A stretch of DNA of 64,000 bases from Chlorokybus atmophyticus. Taxonomy: Eukaryota > Plantae > Mesostigma and Chlorokybus algae. The stretch is from contig RHPI01000772.1 of NCBI GenBank assembly GCA_009103225.1, positions 446,558 through 510,557 of the forward strand. The letters are read 5' to 3'. Made by a program: the position numbers and the translations under genes. The stretch's first letter is position 1, and every line of letters starts with the position of its first letter. This document shows, piece by piece, positions 39,081 to 52,000 of this stretch. The notes beneath the pieces are model-generated. The model did no database searches. It saw nothing but the letters and a program-made list of their open reading frames with translations, and had not been told where the DNA came from.

Positions 39081-40210
39081 ATGCCACTGAAGAAGGATTC
39101 AGCAGGCAACTGGACAAAGCGACGCATGTGTGGCGACTATCGCCCCCTCAACAACAAGACCAAGCAAGACAAGTACCCCATGCCCACAGCGGAGGGTATC
39201 TTTAATGATGTGGGAGACTGCACAGTCTTCAGCATCCTGGACATGCGTCAAGGGTACAACCAAATCGCCATCAAGGACGAGGACAAGCACAAGACCTCCT
39301 TCTGGGGCATCCGACAGTTGTACCAATGGAAGGTAATGCCGTTCGGGCTGAAGAACGCCCCCGCCAAGTTTCAACGCGTCATGGACAAGGCCTTGAAGGG
39401 GCTGGACTGCGCGCGGTGCTACATCAATGACATCCTCATCTTCAGCCGCAGCAGCGAGGAGCATCTTCAGCACATCGAAGCGGTGCTGGAACGACTCAAG
39501 GGAGTGGGGATGACCGTACACCCTGACAAGTGTACCTTCTTCACCCACAAGGTGCCGTACTTAGGGCACATGATTGTGCCCCATGGTGTGTATGTGCAGC
39601 AGGCAAAAGTAGAGGCTCTGGCAGCTATCCCTGCCCCGACAGACCTCACACGTCTGCGCGCTTTCTTGGGACTTGCCAACTACTATCGCCGGTTCGTGAA
39701 GGACGTCGCGAAGATCGCCAGACCCTCAACGAGCTACTGAAGAAGGAGGTGGAGTTCGCATGGCTTGAGCCGCAACAGCAGGCCTTCGAGGAGCTGAAGA
39801 GCAGGCTCACCAGCGCTCCCATCATTCAACGTCCGGACTACGCCAAGCCTTTCATCCTTTACACCGACTGGAGCAAGCTGGGGATGGGAGCGGTGCTGGT
39901 GCAGCACGATGAGAACAAGAAGGAGCGGGTGGTGTCATACGCCAGCCGAAGCAACAACAGCGCCGAGGCCAACTACAGCAGCTACGAAGGGGAGTGCCTC
40001 GCTGCAGTGTGGGCCATCTCCTTCTTCCGACCTTTCCTCTTTGGTCGACAGTTTCAATTGATCACCGATCATCAGCCCCTCAAGTGGCTGATGACCAACC
40101 AACACCTGACAGGGAAACTTGCTCGATGGGCCCTGCTGTTGCAGGAATACGACTTCGAGATCGACCACCGCGTTGGCCTTACCAACCAGAACGCCGATGG
40201 CCTCAGTCGC
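39081..40210 (+). pseudogene. Element 2 reverse transcriptase and RNase H
   Basis: RMCGDYRPLN, YPMP, LDMRQGYNQI, MPFGLKNAP, YIND (YIDD in element 1), FLGLANYYRRFV, YTDWS, ITDHQPLKWL. Confidence 0.96.
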
Positions 40211-40626
40211 AACCCTCACCTCAGCACCAACGACGCAACTGGAGCTCGGCATGAGCTCGTCCCTGCAGCAACAGCCCCCACCATAGCAGCCATGCTGCTG
40301 CCGCGTTGCGCTCAGGGCGCAAGACCAACACCACGGCCTCAGCAATAGCAGAGGAAATTCCTGCCCTTGAGCCAAAAGACTCTGCTACAACCACACCCTT
40401 GGGAGACGCCCACGCAGCCGACATTGACGTCGATAACACAGAGCTGGCGCCCACTGACACCAGGCAGGACATATGGCAAGACAAGCCATCACTCTCCTTT
40501 CTTCAAAGTGGCCAGCTTCCCTCCGGCATGAGCGCCCGAGAGAAGGACCGAGTCAACCAATGCACCCGTCACTATTGATGGGTAGGTGACAAGCTGTATC
40601 GCCGCTTCCACGACGAAGACAAGGAA

Positions 40627-41931
40627 GTGCCGACCCCGGTCACGCGCGAGGGCATCATCACTTCCCTCCACACTGAGCTTGGACACTTCGGTGTCAAGCG
40701 TACAGTCAGCCTAGTGAGGGCACAATATTGGTGGTATGGATTAACAAAACACGTGCAGGGGTTCGTCAGCCACTGCCAACAGTGTGACATGGTGCGCGCC
40801 AGCCTCAATACGCATAGCGCCACCTTGCACCCACTCCCCATCTCCGGTCTCTTTTATCGATGGGGACTCGACATATTGGGGGACTTGGCACCCTCAGCAC
40901 GTGGCAACCGGTACATCCTGGTCATGATCGAGCACTTCTCCAAATGGGTGGAGCTGGTACCATTACCCGATAAGAGCAGCAGGGGGGTGTCTCAAGCCTT
41001 CCTCTCTCACGTTCTCAGCCGATTTGGCAGCTGCGCCGAGGTCATCACTGACCAAGGTACTGAGTTCAGAGGGGAATTCGACACCCTCTTGGACAATTGT
41101 TACATCGACCACCGCCGTACCTCGCGTGATCACCCTCAAGCCGACGGCCTCGCCGAGCGTACAATACAGACCATTAAGAAGGCACTCCGCAAGTACGTGC
41201 TGGAGTACGAGAAGAACACTTGGGATGATCACCTCCCGTGGGTGGCCCTCGGGTATCGATTGTCAAAGCAGGCGGCTCTGCGGGAGTACAGCCCGTACTA
41301 CCTGCTGTTCGGGCGACCACCATTGCTCCCCTTCCGTGCGCAGCAGGAGGTGGATCACGTCGTGAACAACCTCGACGACCCTGACTGGATGCACCACTAC
41401 ATCACCACGCGCGCTGCGCTTTTCGAGCACACCGTCCCCATGGCCTTCAACAACCTGCGCATTGCGCAGCATCGCGACACGCTGCGCTACGAGCGCGTAC
41501 GCAGCGGCTTCTACAACGAGCGCCAACGGCGGTTCCAAGCGGGGGACTTTGCCTATCGCATGGCAGCCACCGTAGACACGCTTGACACCTCCGTAGGCCG
41601 CACCGTCTACAAGGTACTTAAAGTGTACCCCACAGGGGTGCTGGACCTCCTTGGTTAGAACGGAGAGAGGTTGAAGGACAACATGGTAAACTGTGCGCCA
41701 TGTCACCTTCCTTATGTAGCCGGCTTCGGGCGTATTCAGCACCCTCGTCCCGCGCGCAGCACACGCTGTGAACGCTGCGGCAGCGCCAACGACGACGCAC
41801 TCATGATGCTCTGCGATGGCTGCAACAAGGGCCTGCATTGCTACTGCCTGGAGCCACCTCGGGACGCGATACCTATGGAGGAGTATTGGTGCGACGATTG
41901 CCGTACCAACGGCCCTCCTCACTTGCGCTAG
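40627..41931 (+). pseudogene. Element 2 DDE integrase with C-terminal PHD finger (in-frame TAG at 41656)
   Basis: H..LGH...C..C; WGLDILG, ITDQGTEF, DGLAER; C4HC3 CERC..CDGC..H.YC..WCDDC. Confidence 0.95.
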
Positions 41932-41976
41932 CAGCTGAGCTCTGGAGCTGGATCCTCCTCCAGAGCCCAGGGGGGG

Positions 41977-43039
41977 TGGCTTGTTGACTTTGTGTGCTAC
42001 AGCACAGCATGTACACTAGGGAGAACACCGACTCCACCTGCCCGTACTACCCAGCAGCAGCAGACCAGCTGCACAGAGCACTTGTCACCATGAGGGTTGG
42101 GGTCATCTTTTGCTTTTGCTGCACGTTGCACAGGTGGCGCAGCAGCATGTCCAGCAGGCATGGCTGTCCATGCAGCTGTCCAAGACAGCGTGACCCTCGA
42201 CTCCCCTCGACCCGACAGCTGTCATGCCTATCGCCCAAGCATGCCAGTCGTCATCGGGCATGCCTACAGCGAGACCCTCGCCCGGCTTACCAGCATGGCG
42301 ACCCGCGCGCGTCTTTGACCAGTAGCTAGGTCATGTCTCTAGAGTAGCTCATAACCATAGCCTACATAGGCACCGCGCGTAGCTGTTCAGTTGTGAGTTC
42401 AGTTATAAGTCAGGTTCTATATCGAGTGGGATTTCCTGTGGAGCCTCGATATGACCGTTAGCTTACGTTCTGGACAGTCATGAGTTGACTTGTATAAGTA
42501 AGCACAGTGTTCACCGGATCAGCTGGTGACACTGTAAGTGAGAAAGCTAAGAGCTTGTGAAGCGACTTGAAACTACGAAACACGCCGTCCTGGTTCCCAA
42601 GAATCCCCTCACCGTGTGAGAGCCTGTGCATGTTCTTGTGCACTGTGCTTGTCTTTGCTGTGAGTTTTTGTGTACTTGGTCGCGGTGTGCTTGTTGGCAT
42701 CAGTCAGGGCATAGCAATCACGTGTTGCTTGCTCATTCACCTCACTTAACAGTGTAATTTCTCTTCCACTCATGCAAAGAACTGTGTAAACAGCACTACC
42801 TATAGTAGTGGCTTGTTGACTTTGTGTGCTACAGCACAGCATGTACACTAGGGAGAACACCGACTCCACCTGCCCGTACTACCCAGCAGCAGCAGACCAG
42901 CTGCACAGAGCACTTGTCACCATGAGGGTTGGGGTCATCTTTTGCTTTTGCTGCACGTTGCACAGGTGGCGCAGCCGCATGTCCAGCAGGAATGGCTGTC
43001 CATGCAGCTGTCCGAGACAGCGTGACCCTCGACCCGACA
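41977..43039 (+). repeat. Element 2 3' terminal block B1 (41977-42217) - GC - A2 (42220-42821) - B2 (42809-43039)
   Basis: Direct sequence comparison; purine tract AGGGGGGG at 41969-41976 precedes B1. Confidence 0.95.
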
Positions 43040-43744
43040 CAAGCTTTTCCCACTTGTCTTATGCATATGGTACATGTGGCTCTCCCGGAATCGCTCATGC
43101 TTCAACAACGTTTCCTCTTCCACTCTTTGCAAACATCATGCTGATGGCTAAGGGAGATTGGCACCGAGTGCTCCCCTTAACTAGCTCAAACAACAAACGC
43201 TTGTTCGCCTTCCAGTAATAAAAACCCACCTGGGGCAGAAGCGACCTACTGTGTTCCTCTTCTTGGTCCCTCCCATTCCCTCGTGTTTCCTGGCATTCCC
43301 TCCCCTCCCCTCGGCTAGAAAACCTTAACTAGCTTGCTATCTTCATTAATCTTCGCTCACGCTATACCCATCATAGCTACTCATCATGTACTTGCATTTC
43401 AGCATGTGCATGTGTAGCCAGCTCTCCTTTCGCAACTCCTAAACTCTGCCTTCGGGCCCCTTAATCAATTGCATTTTGTGTGCAAAAAGGGAAAAAGAGA
43501 GAAGGCTCTATGAGCATGGCATGATTTGGATTGAAGGTTTGAAAAAGCCCACGAGGAGCACCGCAAGGCCGTCAATGACGCATCACAATTGAGCAAGAGA
43601 GTGGCAACTGCTGTGAAGATTTTTGCAGCTGTCATTCGCCCTCTGATTTGAAAGACAAGCATTAATGAGAGTAGCACAGCTTACAGTCTTCGTTTTTGAG
43701 CAGGGGGGGGGGGGGGCGGGGGCACCACCTCACTTGACGAGTTC

Positions 43745-43878
43745 NNNNNNNNNNNNNNNNNNNNNNNNNNNNNNNNNNNNNNNNNNNNNNNNNNNNNNNN
43801 NNNNNNNNNNNNNNNNNNNNNNNNNNNNNNNNNNNNNNNNNNNNNNNNNNNNNNNNNNNNNNNNNNNNNNNNNNNNNN
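43745..43878. other. Assembly gap (134 N)
   Basis: N run. Confidence 0.99.
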
Positions 43879-44204
43879 GGGGGCGGGGGGCGGGCTATTA
43901 ATTTGGGGACTGTTGCCACGTATTGTTTGCTTGGTATGCGCGTACTTCTGTAAGTACTTGAAGTCTATGTGCGACAGCAAGGACAAAAGCGCGTTCTTGC
44001 AAGTCGCGACAACCTGCAGACCAGCATAGCTAGTTTGAACAAAGTGCCTGAAGCTCAGGTTACACAGATGAGTCTTACGGAAGATTACGCCACGAGTCAC
44101 CTCCGCCTCCACCAAGTCAACACGCACTGAGTCACCTCCCATTGATGGCCGGCTTTTAAATCATCCGCCACCGACGCCCTCTTTGCAGCAAGAGCTATCA
44201 CACA

Positions 44205-44330
44205 AGATTTTGAGAAGTGCAGCAGCACCGATGACCACGCGCTAATAGTGTTGTGCAACGGGTGTGACAACGGCATGCACTGCTATTGCCGGGACCCTCC
44301 TCTTTGCATGGTCCCAGTGAAGGTTGCTAG
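44205..44330 (+). pseudogene. Isolated PHD-finger remnant, probably from another family member
   Basis: EKCSSTDDHALIVLCNGCDNGMHCYCRDPPL, homologous to the element PHD. Confidence 0.7.
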
Positions 44331-45201
44331 TGTGACAACTGTCGCACCCATGGATCATCCTGAGGCGAGAGTGAGTCACTCTCGCTCCAATAGGCCCTCT
44401 CAAGAGCGCGGGTGCTACAAAATGAGGGGTTTCCACTGGGTCACATCAGCAAAAGGCGCTGATGGTTGAGGAATTAATATGAATTTATGCTACAATCATA
44501 ACTGCGGGTTAGGTTATGGGCACGGAGGAGGTCAATTCTTTGTTGGGGTGGCGTGATCGTTGCTATGGGAAATAGCATAACCCACACCGCGAGTGGGGAG
44601 TTTGCAAGCATGGAGTGGGGAAGCAGCTTCTGGAGGTGCCCTCACTTTTATTGATATCTTAGTTGTCGAGGTGAACGTCCATTACAAATCATCAAGGTTC
44701 TAAGGCGTGGAACATGTGCTCTGCGTCTTACAGGGTGCCGCGAGTTTAAAGGGTGTTAAGCTGCGCTAGATTCTTGAAAGGTTTACGCCTATGTCGGACT
44801 GACTAGTTTTACGAGAATGCGCTTGGTATTGCAACATCAAGCTTCTTCTTGGCTCTGAGCTATCATCGGTGTGGGTGTCTGATGTGTCAAAGAGGTTGTC
44901 CTCGCCTTTAAATTATTATTAAAAGTTATTCTCAAGGCTGCATATGGTAACATAGAGGGGCCCCTAGTCACATCCATACTCAGCCTGACATTATGCAAAT
45001 ACCAGCACCTGCAGCAAATCCAATACATTTACCCTAATGCTATGGCTAAGGGGGCTGGAACTATGTGCAAAGCAGGCAGGTTCAAACTGTGGGCGACATC
45101 ATCATGCTGCCAAGTTCCCATAAGGGGCCACTGGCTAATTCCCCTCAGTTAAGAGGGAACTTCATGGCATGCATGTTCTAAAGTACTAGCTGACTGTACA
45201 T

Positions 45202-48143
45202 CACCGGTAGAAATGGGTTTCGGTAAGTCAGACTGGATCCGCAACTTTGTAATGCACGGAGCCGGACATTATTTGCGGGTTTTGCAAATTTCACGGCGGA
45301 TCCGTAAACACGTTGTAGCTGTAGCCAGATTTTTGTCAAGACCTGACACAAACGGCAATCCGCCGGTGACGATCGTACGTACCAGATCCCCAACAATGTT
45401 GAGGATTGGCATTACTTTATTAAGGGTTCAGGTTGTGAAAAAGACTTGTGTAAATTGTAATTGGGATTGTGACTAGTTTATTAACAATGCGTTCACTCCC
45501 TAACGCAATTGAGAACTCGACGATAATATGTAAATGCATTTAACTTACATGCTGAAGTTGTAGACGACATCATTAAAATTGTGACCGGTTCCATCAGCGA
45601 GAGTTCATGCTTAACAAGGTTAAAACGCTAAGTTCGTTACTTTTCCATTGTTACAAACCGTAATGTGTTTTGTCGACCTCACCCCGTGGCCTATTCATGG
45701 CTTGCCCTGCGGCCTGCACCAGCAGGTGACGCATGGAGCTTAATGCAAACAGCTGCCGGTCATTTTGCGCTATAATTGTTCAAAATGGCAAGTAGATCGA
45801 AGTCTTCATCCCTAAGTGGTAAATTCCACCTTCACCTTTTTTCCTACAACAAGCCACTGGTACCGGTAGTTGTGCCTGTATGTATATGTGTGTATATATA
45901 TATATACATGTCTATACTATGTATTTATGTATACAACTAGCGGTGCGGCTGATTGGGCGGGACTGGGGCGGCCGGGAGGCCGGCATTAGGGCACAAAGAC
46001 ACATCACACGCGCACCACAAGAGCCATCACATACGGCACCCGCGACTACTTGCCTGCCGCCCATACCGCGCAGCCCGCCTGCCTCTGATTGGTTAGGCGG
46101 CAATTATCAGCTTTCGTCCATTCGCTTTATGGAACAGATTTTACCCTTTAATAGCACATCCCCCTGTCATGCAATTGCTCAAAGTATATGCGAATGAACA
46201 ATAGATTCATTCACATTGAGCACATCATGCACGATGTTAATAACTGTACTGTACAACGCACACATATGCGTCATGTGGGCGTTGTATTGTACAAGTAATG
46301 TTTCAATGTGATCAGGTACAACTGTGTACTTGTACTGTATAGTCTACCCCCTTTAAGAGCATACTGTTTATCCTTTAAGATCGTATGCTCTTGGCTGGGT
46401 TATGCTCTTGGCGTCTAAGCATAATATGCTCTTGAACAGCCAGAGCATATATATGCTATAAACGCGGATTCATTACGCCCATCTCGCCCATTACGTCACG
46501 CGCATCACGTCGATGTTGCCATCACATTCATTACGCTAGTTACGCGTCGCACTTTACCCATCACGCCTTGCCCATCATGCTCATCACGCCTTATGCCACA
46601 CCCGTCATATGCTACTCCCTCGATGTTTAAAATATGCACAATTGAACTTGCAAGACTTTTATGGAAAAAAATATGTTCTTTACGGTTAGTCATATTTTCT
46701 TAAGCACTAACGTTTGCCTATAAACTCTTTGGTAATCTCAAATTGTGCCCCCCGGGCCATCACACAACCAGGTGCCCGCGATTGGAAGATTATCGGGGCC
46801 GAACAACGCCCCGGCCCCGCCTGTCTGATTGGCTATCAGCCTTTGACTGTTCGATCTGTTCAACACTTGACCGTCCTAAACGCATCCACGTCATGCAACT
46901 GCTCATATATACGCCAAATAAATATGAGTAAAAAATGAGCACAACAAGGTGCACATGTGGCGGCACATTATTTCATATGGTATGGGCATGTAACACACTT
47001 ACTAAGGTAGTAAATTAAACAATAACATTTTGACCAGGTTACGTGCAGCGGTTCACAGTGCATAACGCAAAGGCTACGAATAGCAAAATAATGCTAACTT
47101 TAAACGCCTTATCGTTATATTTTAACTAAACGGCATATAGCGCCGTTGGACCATCGTTTAATTGTATAAACTATATAGCACATGGTGTGTAATTTTGTTA
47201 AGGGCTGTTGCCACAAAAAGGCAAAAAAATGCCATTATTTGCAAATATACTCATAAATATTTCGAAGGCATCTCAACGGCAACGCCATTCCTAATGGCAA
47301 GTCCGAGTACGGGCTTTGGGCGCTAACTTCGTGACAGTTAGCGATAATACACGCGCGTTTTGGGTGGTACGAGGTCGGGGCGGCCCCCCTACCCCAAACT
47401 TCTGCCGCCATCATTAACCATCACTTTAATTGTTTCACACCCTACCACTTAACACCAACCATTAACCGCTAACATAAAAGGGGCAGGAAACATGGCTTGA
47501 GCCGAATTAATAGTATGCATGCCGGTAGTTGCAACTACACATAAGAAACGTCGTACAGTACACGTGTATGTATACACGTACCGTGTATTTACATAATGCC
47601 GATGTATTCAGCTGTTGGTGCATGCATCGCGTAATACATTATTGCAAACATCTGGCTTAAAGGCAGCCACTGCTGAAGGATAAACAGTATGATGTGCAAC
47701 ACGGCCCTGACCAACTCGTGTCGTCATAGTCCAATTGGTCAATGCCTAAGTTATGTATAGTTGGCTTACCGTCTTGGCCGCTATACCCGCGCAGGTGCAA
47801 CTTCCGGTGGTGTAGCAATCGCTTGTTGGTGATGCATACTTTGTTTTTGCCGCAAGCTGCGGCCATGTCACTAGGATCCATCTCCTTAATGCGCGATCTA
47901 ACCAACCGGAAATTATCAAAGGATGTGACCATTGTTAAGTTCATGAAAAGACGGACCGAACTTAATGCACGCCATCTACTTTACCTTGATGGCTGCTGGA
48001 TACCGAACCAAGTTGTAACTAAGGCAGGCAAAGAGGCAGAAAGTAGTACCTTGATTGCCATCAGATACGTAATTTAGTTATGGCTGTATCTCTGACCAAG
48101 TTGTGGTCAGAACCAAACTATTGAGGGGCCATTTCCACCGGTG
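45202..48143. mobile_element. TIR element family X, copy 3, split by a ~1.6 kb unrelated insertion at its TA-rich tract
   Basis: TIRs CACCGGTAGAAATGG / CCATTTCCACCGGTG (14 of 15 match); 45202-45850 and 47560-48143 are homologous to the two halves of 20901-22424. Confidence 0.65.
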
Positions 48144-49001
48144 CAAGTGGAGATGTGCTTGTAGAGAACTCCTCTTGAAGTTGCCATGATGGTGGATCTA
48201 CCTGCAGGCTATGGCAGGGCTTTGGTTGAACTCATCATGTTTGCAGTCCTGTAAGATGTGAACCATGGCCAAGCAAAGTGTGTGAAGAAATGACACCATG
48301 ACGCCACATGCATGCGCAGACAATTGAGAGTCTATCATCCACCCCTGGCGCTCTCAGCACTACTATGGCACTATTACAATGTGCTGCCACACAAGCATTG
48401 CATATTGACAAACGAGTGGTGTACATGTGGTCATGCCCAATGCGGACTTTGATGTCACAACACTCCATCAGGCGTATGTATGCCTAGTGTTGATAGAAAG
48501 AGATCACAAGTACACAACACAGTGTCGCTTGTGTGGGTTTGTGTTTGCTGTCCCGTCTTCGTGCTAATGCTTGCTTGCTATGCAGTTTGCAGTGGGGCTG
48601 CTTGCAGCCATGATTGCGGTCTCACACCTGCTGCTGCTTCGGTGGTGCTCTTTGCCCTTGCCGTCGCGAGTGCACCTGGCCTAGCCTGCCTCAGGTATGC
48701 CCCTCCCCCCCCCCTCCCCCCCATCACGCACACACGGACACACGCGCGCTCTTTTGCATGCATGATAGCATGTACTTTGTGAGGATTTGTTTCTGGAGGC
48801 ATAATGCTTGTAGGGCAAGGAGGTGACTAGCATGCAACACACCGTGTATGCCTTGGTTGCGTACACGGTTGCCTGCAGGCTAAGGCCAGCCTTTAGCGGT
48901 TGACATGATGGAACCTGGTTGTCCACTCATCCCCTGCAAACATTTGCATTTGTCAGACCACGCAGATAAATGTGCACGAGGGAGCATGCGCTCACCATCA
49001 G

Positions 49002-52000
49002 CTAATAGAACAGGGCGATGCTGCCGCCCGGGGGGGGAGTCACAATGTGCACGGGACGGTTGCCACGAGTGGCAACCCCTGTCGCAGCACACGGCTTGCG
49101 CTTGTCTTCATCGCTGCTGCCAGAAACTGCAAGACAAGCGTCAAGCTCCGCCTTGCCCACCAGCTATGACAATTCCACATACGCCGTTGCATCGCTGCTG
49201 TCGAAGTTCAACACGTTCATCGCGCTGAAGAAAAGGTAGTTTGCGTTGACAATTGTAAATGTAAGAGGGGAGGGTGAGAGCGCATGGTGGAACGCAGAGN
49301 NNNNNNNNNNNNNNNNNNNNNNNNNNNNNNNNNNNNNNNNNNNNNNNNNNNNNNNNNNNNNNNNNNNNNNNNNNNNNNNNNNNNNNNNNNNNNNNNNNNN
49401 NNNNNNNNNNNNNNNNNNNNNNNNNNNNNNNNNNNNNNNNNNNNNNNNNNNNNNNNNNNNNNNNNNNNNNNNNNNNNNNNNNNNNNNNNNNNNNNNNNNN
49501 NNNNNNNNNNNNNNNNNNNNNNNNNNGGGGGGGGGGGGGGCACAAGGCTTACTCGCTGGAGCTTAGTATGCTATGGCGTCCACTTGCAACCCAAGTGGGC
49601 GACTGCTGAGGATGGGCACGGGCCCTTCTCCAAATATGTTGAACACCGACAGCAGTGGCCCATCACGCACGTAATCAACACAAACAGCCTCTTGTGTACT
49701 GTCGTCATCAACCATGTGGTTAGCAGTGCTTATGGATCATAGTTTGCGTCGGTGCGCGTGCGCGTGCGTGTGTTCACATCTGCACCTTGGTCGAAGGACA
49801 TAAACCTGACACAAAAATCCCAGCTGCTGGTTGGTAATTGAGCGCTGATCGGGAGAGATGGCTCCGTAGCTGACCGAGCAGGTTGGATGCGCGCCATATG
49901 GATCCTGCCAACCCCACGACACCCTGCGCGGCATCACTGCAAGCCCCATAATACACAAGCACATGTAAGAGTCTCATCGCATGGCTTGGGCTTAGAAGTT
50001 AAAATGATGCAAGGAATGCACGCGCGCGAACGTGCGCATGCGCGTGCTTGCGTGCGCATGTATGTGTGTGTGTGTGGTGGTGGTGGTGGTGGGTGGGTGG
50101 TGGGGTGGTGGTGGGGTGGTGGTGGTGGTGGTGGGGGAGGGGGCGAGCGTGTGCACATGTGAGTGTATTTATGAATGTGCGTGCGCGCGTGACTGTGTGC
50201 GCATTCGCGGGCGTGCATATGTGCGCGCGTGTAAGCCTAAGCGTGAGCTTGAGGGTGTGTGCGCGTGCGGGTGTGCATGTGCGCAAGCACGCGGTCATCA
50301 CGGTCGGAGATGAGAGTGGGGACTTCTTCTTAGCAGCCCCACCCCCCGTGCCCCTCCGTGGGTGCCCACATTTCCTCTCTCCCAATGCCCGCTTCCCTCC
50401 CTGCTGCATTCTAAGGACCTGCTACACAAAAGCAATACTACCAGCAGTTGCTCACAAGCATGGTGAATCACACACTTTTTGCATCTGTGCTGTCACACAC
50501 GCACCTGAGGAATCGACAACAGTGCTGTACAACGCATCCCATGTGTATGCATATGGGGGTCTGTAGCCTTCATACTGGTAATCTTCATACACAACCAGGA
50601 CCACCGCCTCGGGCCAGGTGGCAGTCTGTACGGCAAAATGCGTGACATACGAGAATCCATCTCCAGCTGGATATTGAGCCGCAAAGTACACGTACTCCTT
50701 TCCGCTATCTGCATCACCACAAGAGAGCCATGAGATGTCTGTACAATGCATTGCGCTCCCTCGCACTCTCCCGAGCAAGCTGTCTCACCATCCACATCAA
50801 CAGCAAACGTATTGTAGTAAGTGTAGTCAACATTGATAAGAACGGGTTGGGCAAAGCGCGAGCTGCGCTGGTAGCGGTCAGGATGCCATGCCGCAGGCTT
50901 GCGAAACACCCCCGCGGCGTAATTGGAGCAGTTGCGCCCCCAAAAGTAAATGTTCTCTGCATGCATTGCATACGCTCAAGGTTCAAGCAGGCATCCTGGC
51001 ATTGTTTCATATGCGCACCTCTGTGTCTCTCACACACGTACCTCCTACGACTTGAAGGTTGCCAGCGTAACCGTAATAGCTACTACCGATAGCTTCCACG
51101 CTGTGGGGAGAGTAAGGGTAGGTGCAGGCTTCAAGCACCGTCACACTACGGCCAGTTGCATCGTTCCAAAAGGCAATCTCCAACCTCCTTCCAAACTCGT
51201 CATCATACGCTTGCTTGCCGGCGGGGACGGGCTTGGTGTAGAATAGCCGCCGCAGCGAGGGTGCAGCGGAGGGAAATGGGCACGTTGGCGATACAGGTGT
51301 TTGCGCCGGTGCAAGGCAAAAGTTGCCAAGGGCATAAGTGGAGGCATCCTGTGGATCGTCCACAGAGGCGAGGCTTGGGGAAGAGTCATAAGGGCCCTGT
51401 GGATAGCTTCCTTGCCGGCTTGTGCAGGTAACGTTGTTGCTGATAGGATACGCTATGGCCGCAGCACTGCATGGCGCTGATGCAGGGACATACACGTCGC
51501 AGTGCACTGAGAAGGTCACACTGTGGTAGTCGTTATAATAAGGCGCCACGGGGGTGTTTTTCGCGCGTTCGACTTGAGCATATTGGTCTGTCATATAGAC
51601 ATTGGGGAAGCTGAATGTGCCATCTGCATTCGTAGTTGTCGACTGGCTGGAGTGCAACAACACCGGAGGGTACGCATAGTAATATTCATCCTCGTAATAA
51701 ACATGGACATACGTTGTGCAATTCAAATGAAAAAGTGTGGACATATGGGGAGCCTTGACTCAGTAGGTCCTGGCTCTCACCCACTGCTGAGGGGATTTGC
51801 CTGCCCTTAGCACCGAAGCGTACCTCGCCGCGCGAGACGGGGACTTGGATGCCGCTGTTGCACTTGTCGCAGAACAGTCGTCCAGAAATCACAGCCGTGG
51901 CAGCTGCACAACGCATGGGTGAAGTTGTTGTCAGCACCAGAAAGCGTGCCTAACAACTGGTGCGATACAAGGAGAAAGCCAACACACTGTCATGCAAGAA

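Larger units (their letters stand above)
31987..43039 (+). mobile_element. Element 2: full-length (11053 bp) Ty3/Gypsy-like retrotransposon with methyltransferase, PHD and split direct repeats A...B-A-B
   Basis: Starts TGTCATG and ends CCCGACA; CAAG duplicated at 31983-31986 and 43040-43043; complete domain series between the repeats. Confidence 0.95.

Noticed and set aside
45863-47531. CCGGTAGTTG direct repeat as a Mutator-type TSD around the insertion in family X copy 3
   Set aside because: No terminal inverted repeats inside the putative TSDs, so boundaries and class are unsupported.
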